Made by a program: the position numbers and the translations under genes. DNA of 64,000 bases from an uncultured cyanobacterium (lineage in GTDB: Bacteria; Cyanobacteriota; Cyanobacteriia; Cyanobacteriales; Cyanobacteriaceae), in the NCBI GenBank assembly GCA_963749915.1, contig CAVVOP010000021.1, forward strand, positions 672,001 through 736,000, in the 5' to 3' direction. The notes beneath the pieces are model-generated. The model saw nothing but the letters and a program-made list of their open reading frames with translations, did no database searches and was not told the origin of the DNA. Numbering within the stretch: position 1 is the stretch's first letter; every line of letters begins with the position of its first letter. Below, one piece after another: positions 63,667 through 64,000 of this stretch.

Positions 63667-64000
63667 CTCATTCTCCGCACTTCAAAAAATAGTATAAAAC
63701 ACTACGCAGAAATCGCAAAGATTGCTGAGTATAAATACTCAAGAAATCTCGAGGAAAAAGCTGAGATAATAAACAGGTCATTAAAAAGATAAGAAAACAG
63801 AAAAAAGTGTCACCATTAGAAACAATAGAAATAAAAAATATAGACCATTTAGGAATAGTAGCAGGAATAATAGATGAGATAGGAATAGTCGAAGTAATAA
63901 ATGAAAGATTAGGTGTAGATAAAAGAGAAAAAATAACCAGTGGACAAGTAGTAAAAGCGATGATAATAAATGGATTAGGAATGGTCTCACGACCTCTATA
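63667..64000 (+). mobile_element. IS1634 family element, partial (transposase starts ~63807)
   Basis: End ctcattctccgcac; IEIKNIDHLGIVAGIIDEIG..GQVVKAMIINGLGMVSRPL. Confidence 0.85.

Overview
AT-rich cyanobacterial chromosomal window (many HIP1 GCGATCGC sites, xfp, clpB, devBC, psbA remnant). 1-10 kb: IS graveyard (IS701, IS1634, IS5, RAYT, MITEs) with HIP1-bounded Uma2/HigBA cassettes. 10-15 kb: fetAB and phosphoketolase. 15.3-22.7 kb: uncharacterised locus of secreted proteins with curlin-like G-x-x-N-x-x-x-Q repeats, including a 656-bp tandem triplication, four ECF-sigma-like promoters and a 929-aa Calx-beta/DUF4114 protein; one upstream region is interrupted by a 557-bp TIR/TSD element carrying a four-helix-bundle gene. 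23-27 kb: clpB and a radical SAM gene. 29-56 kb: ~27-kb biosynthetic cluster (FAAL, ACPs, CylC-type halogenase, KS with dead AT, TubC-docked aldolase-like protein, 2 SDRs, 3 GT28s, GMC oxidoreductase, Glf, methyltransferase, lipid kinase, MFS, CylK/BrtB-like beta-propeller, DevBC) predicted to make a halogenated/alkylated glycolipid. 56-64 kb: rdgB, nadC and psbA remnants and a decaying copper/heavy-metal region ending in IS1634. All family calls come from motif recognition by eye; no searches were run.
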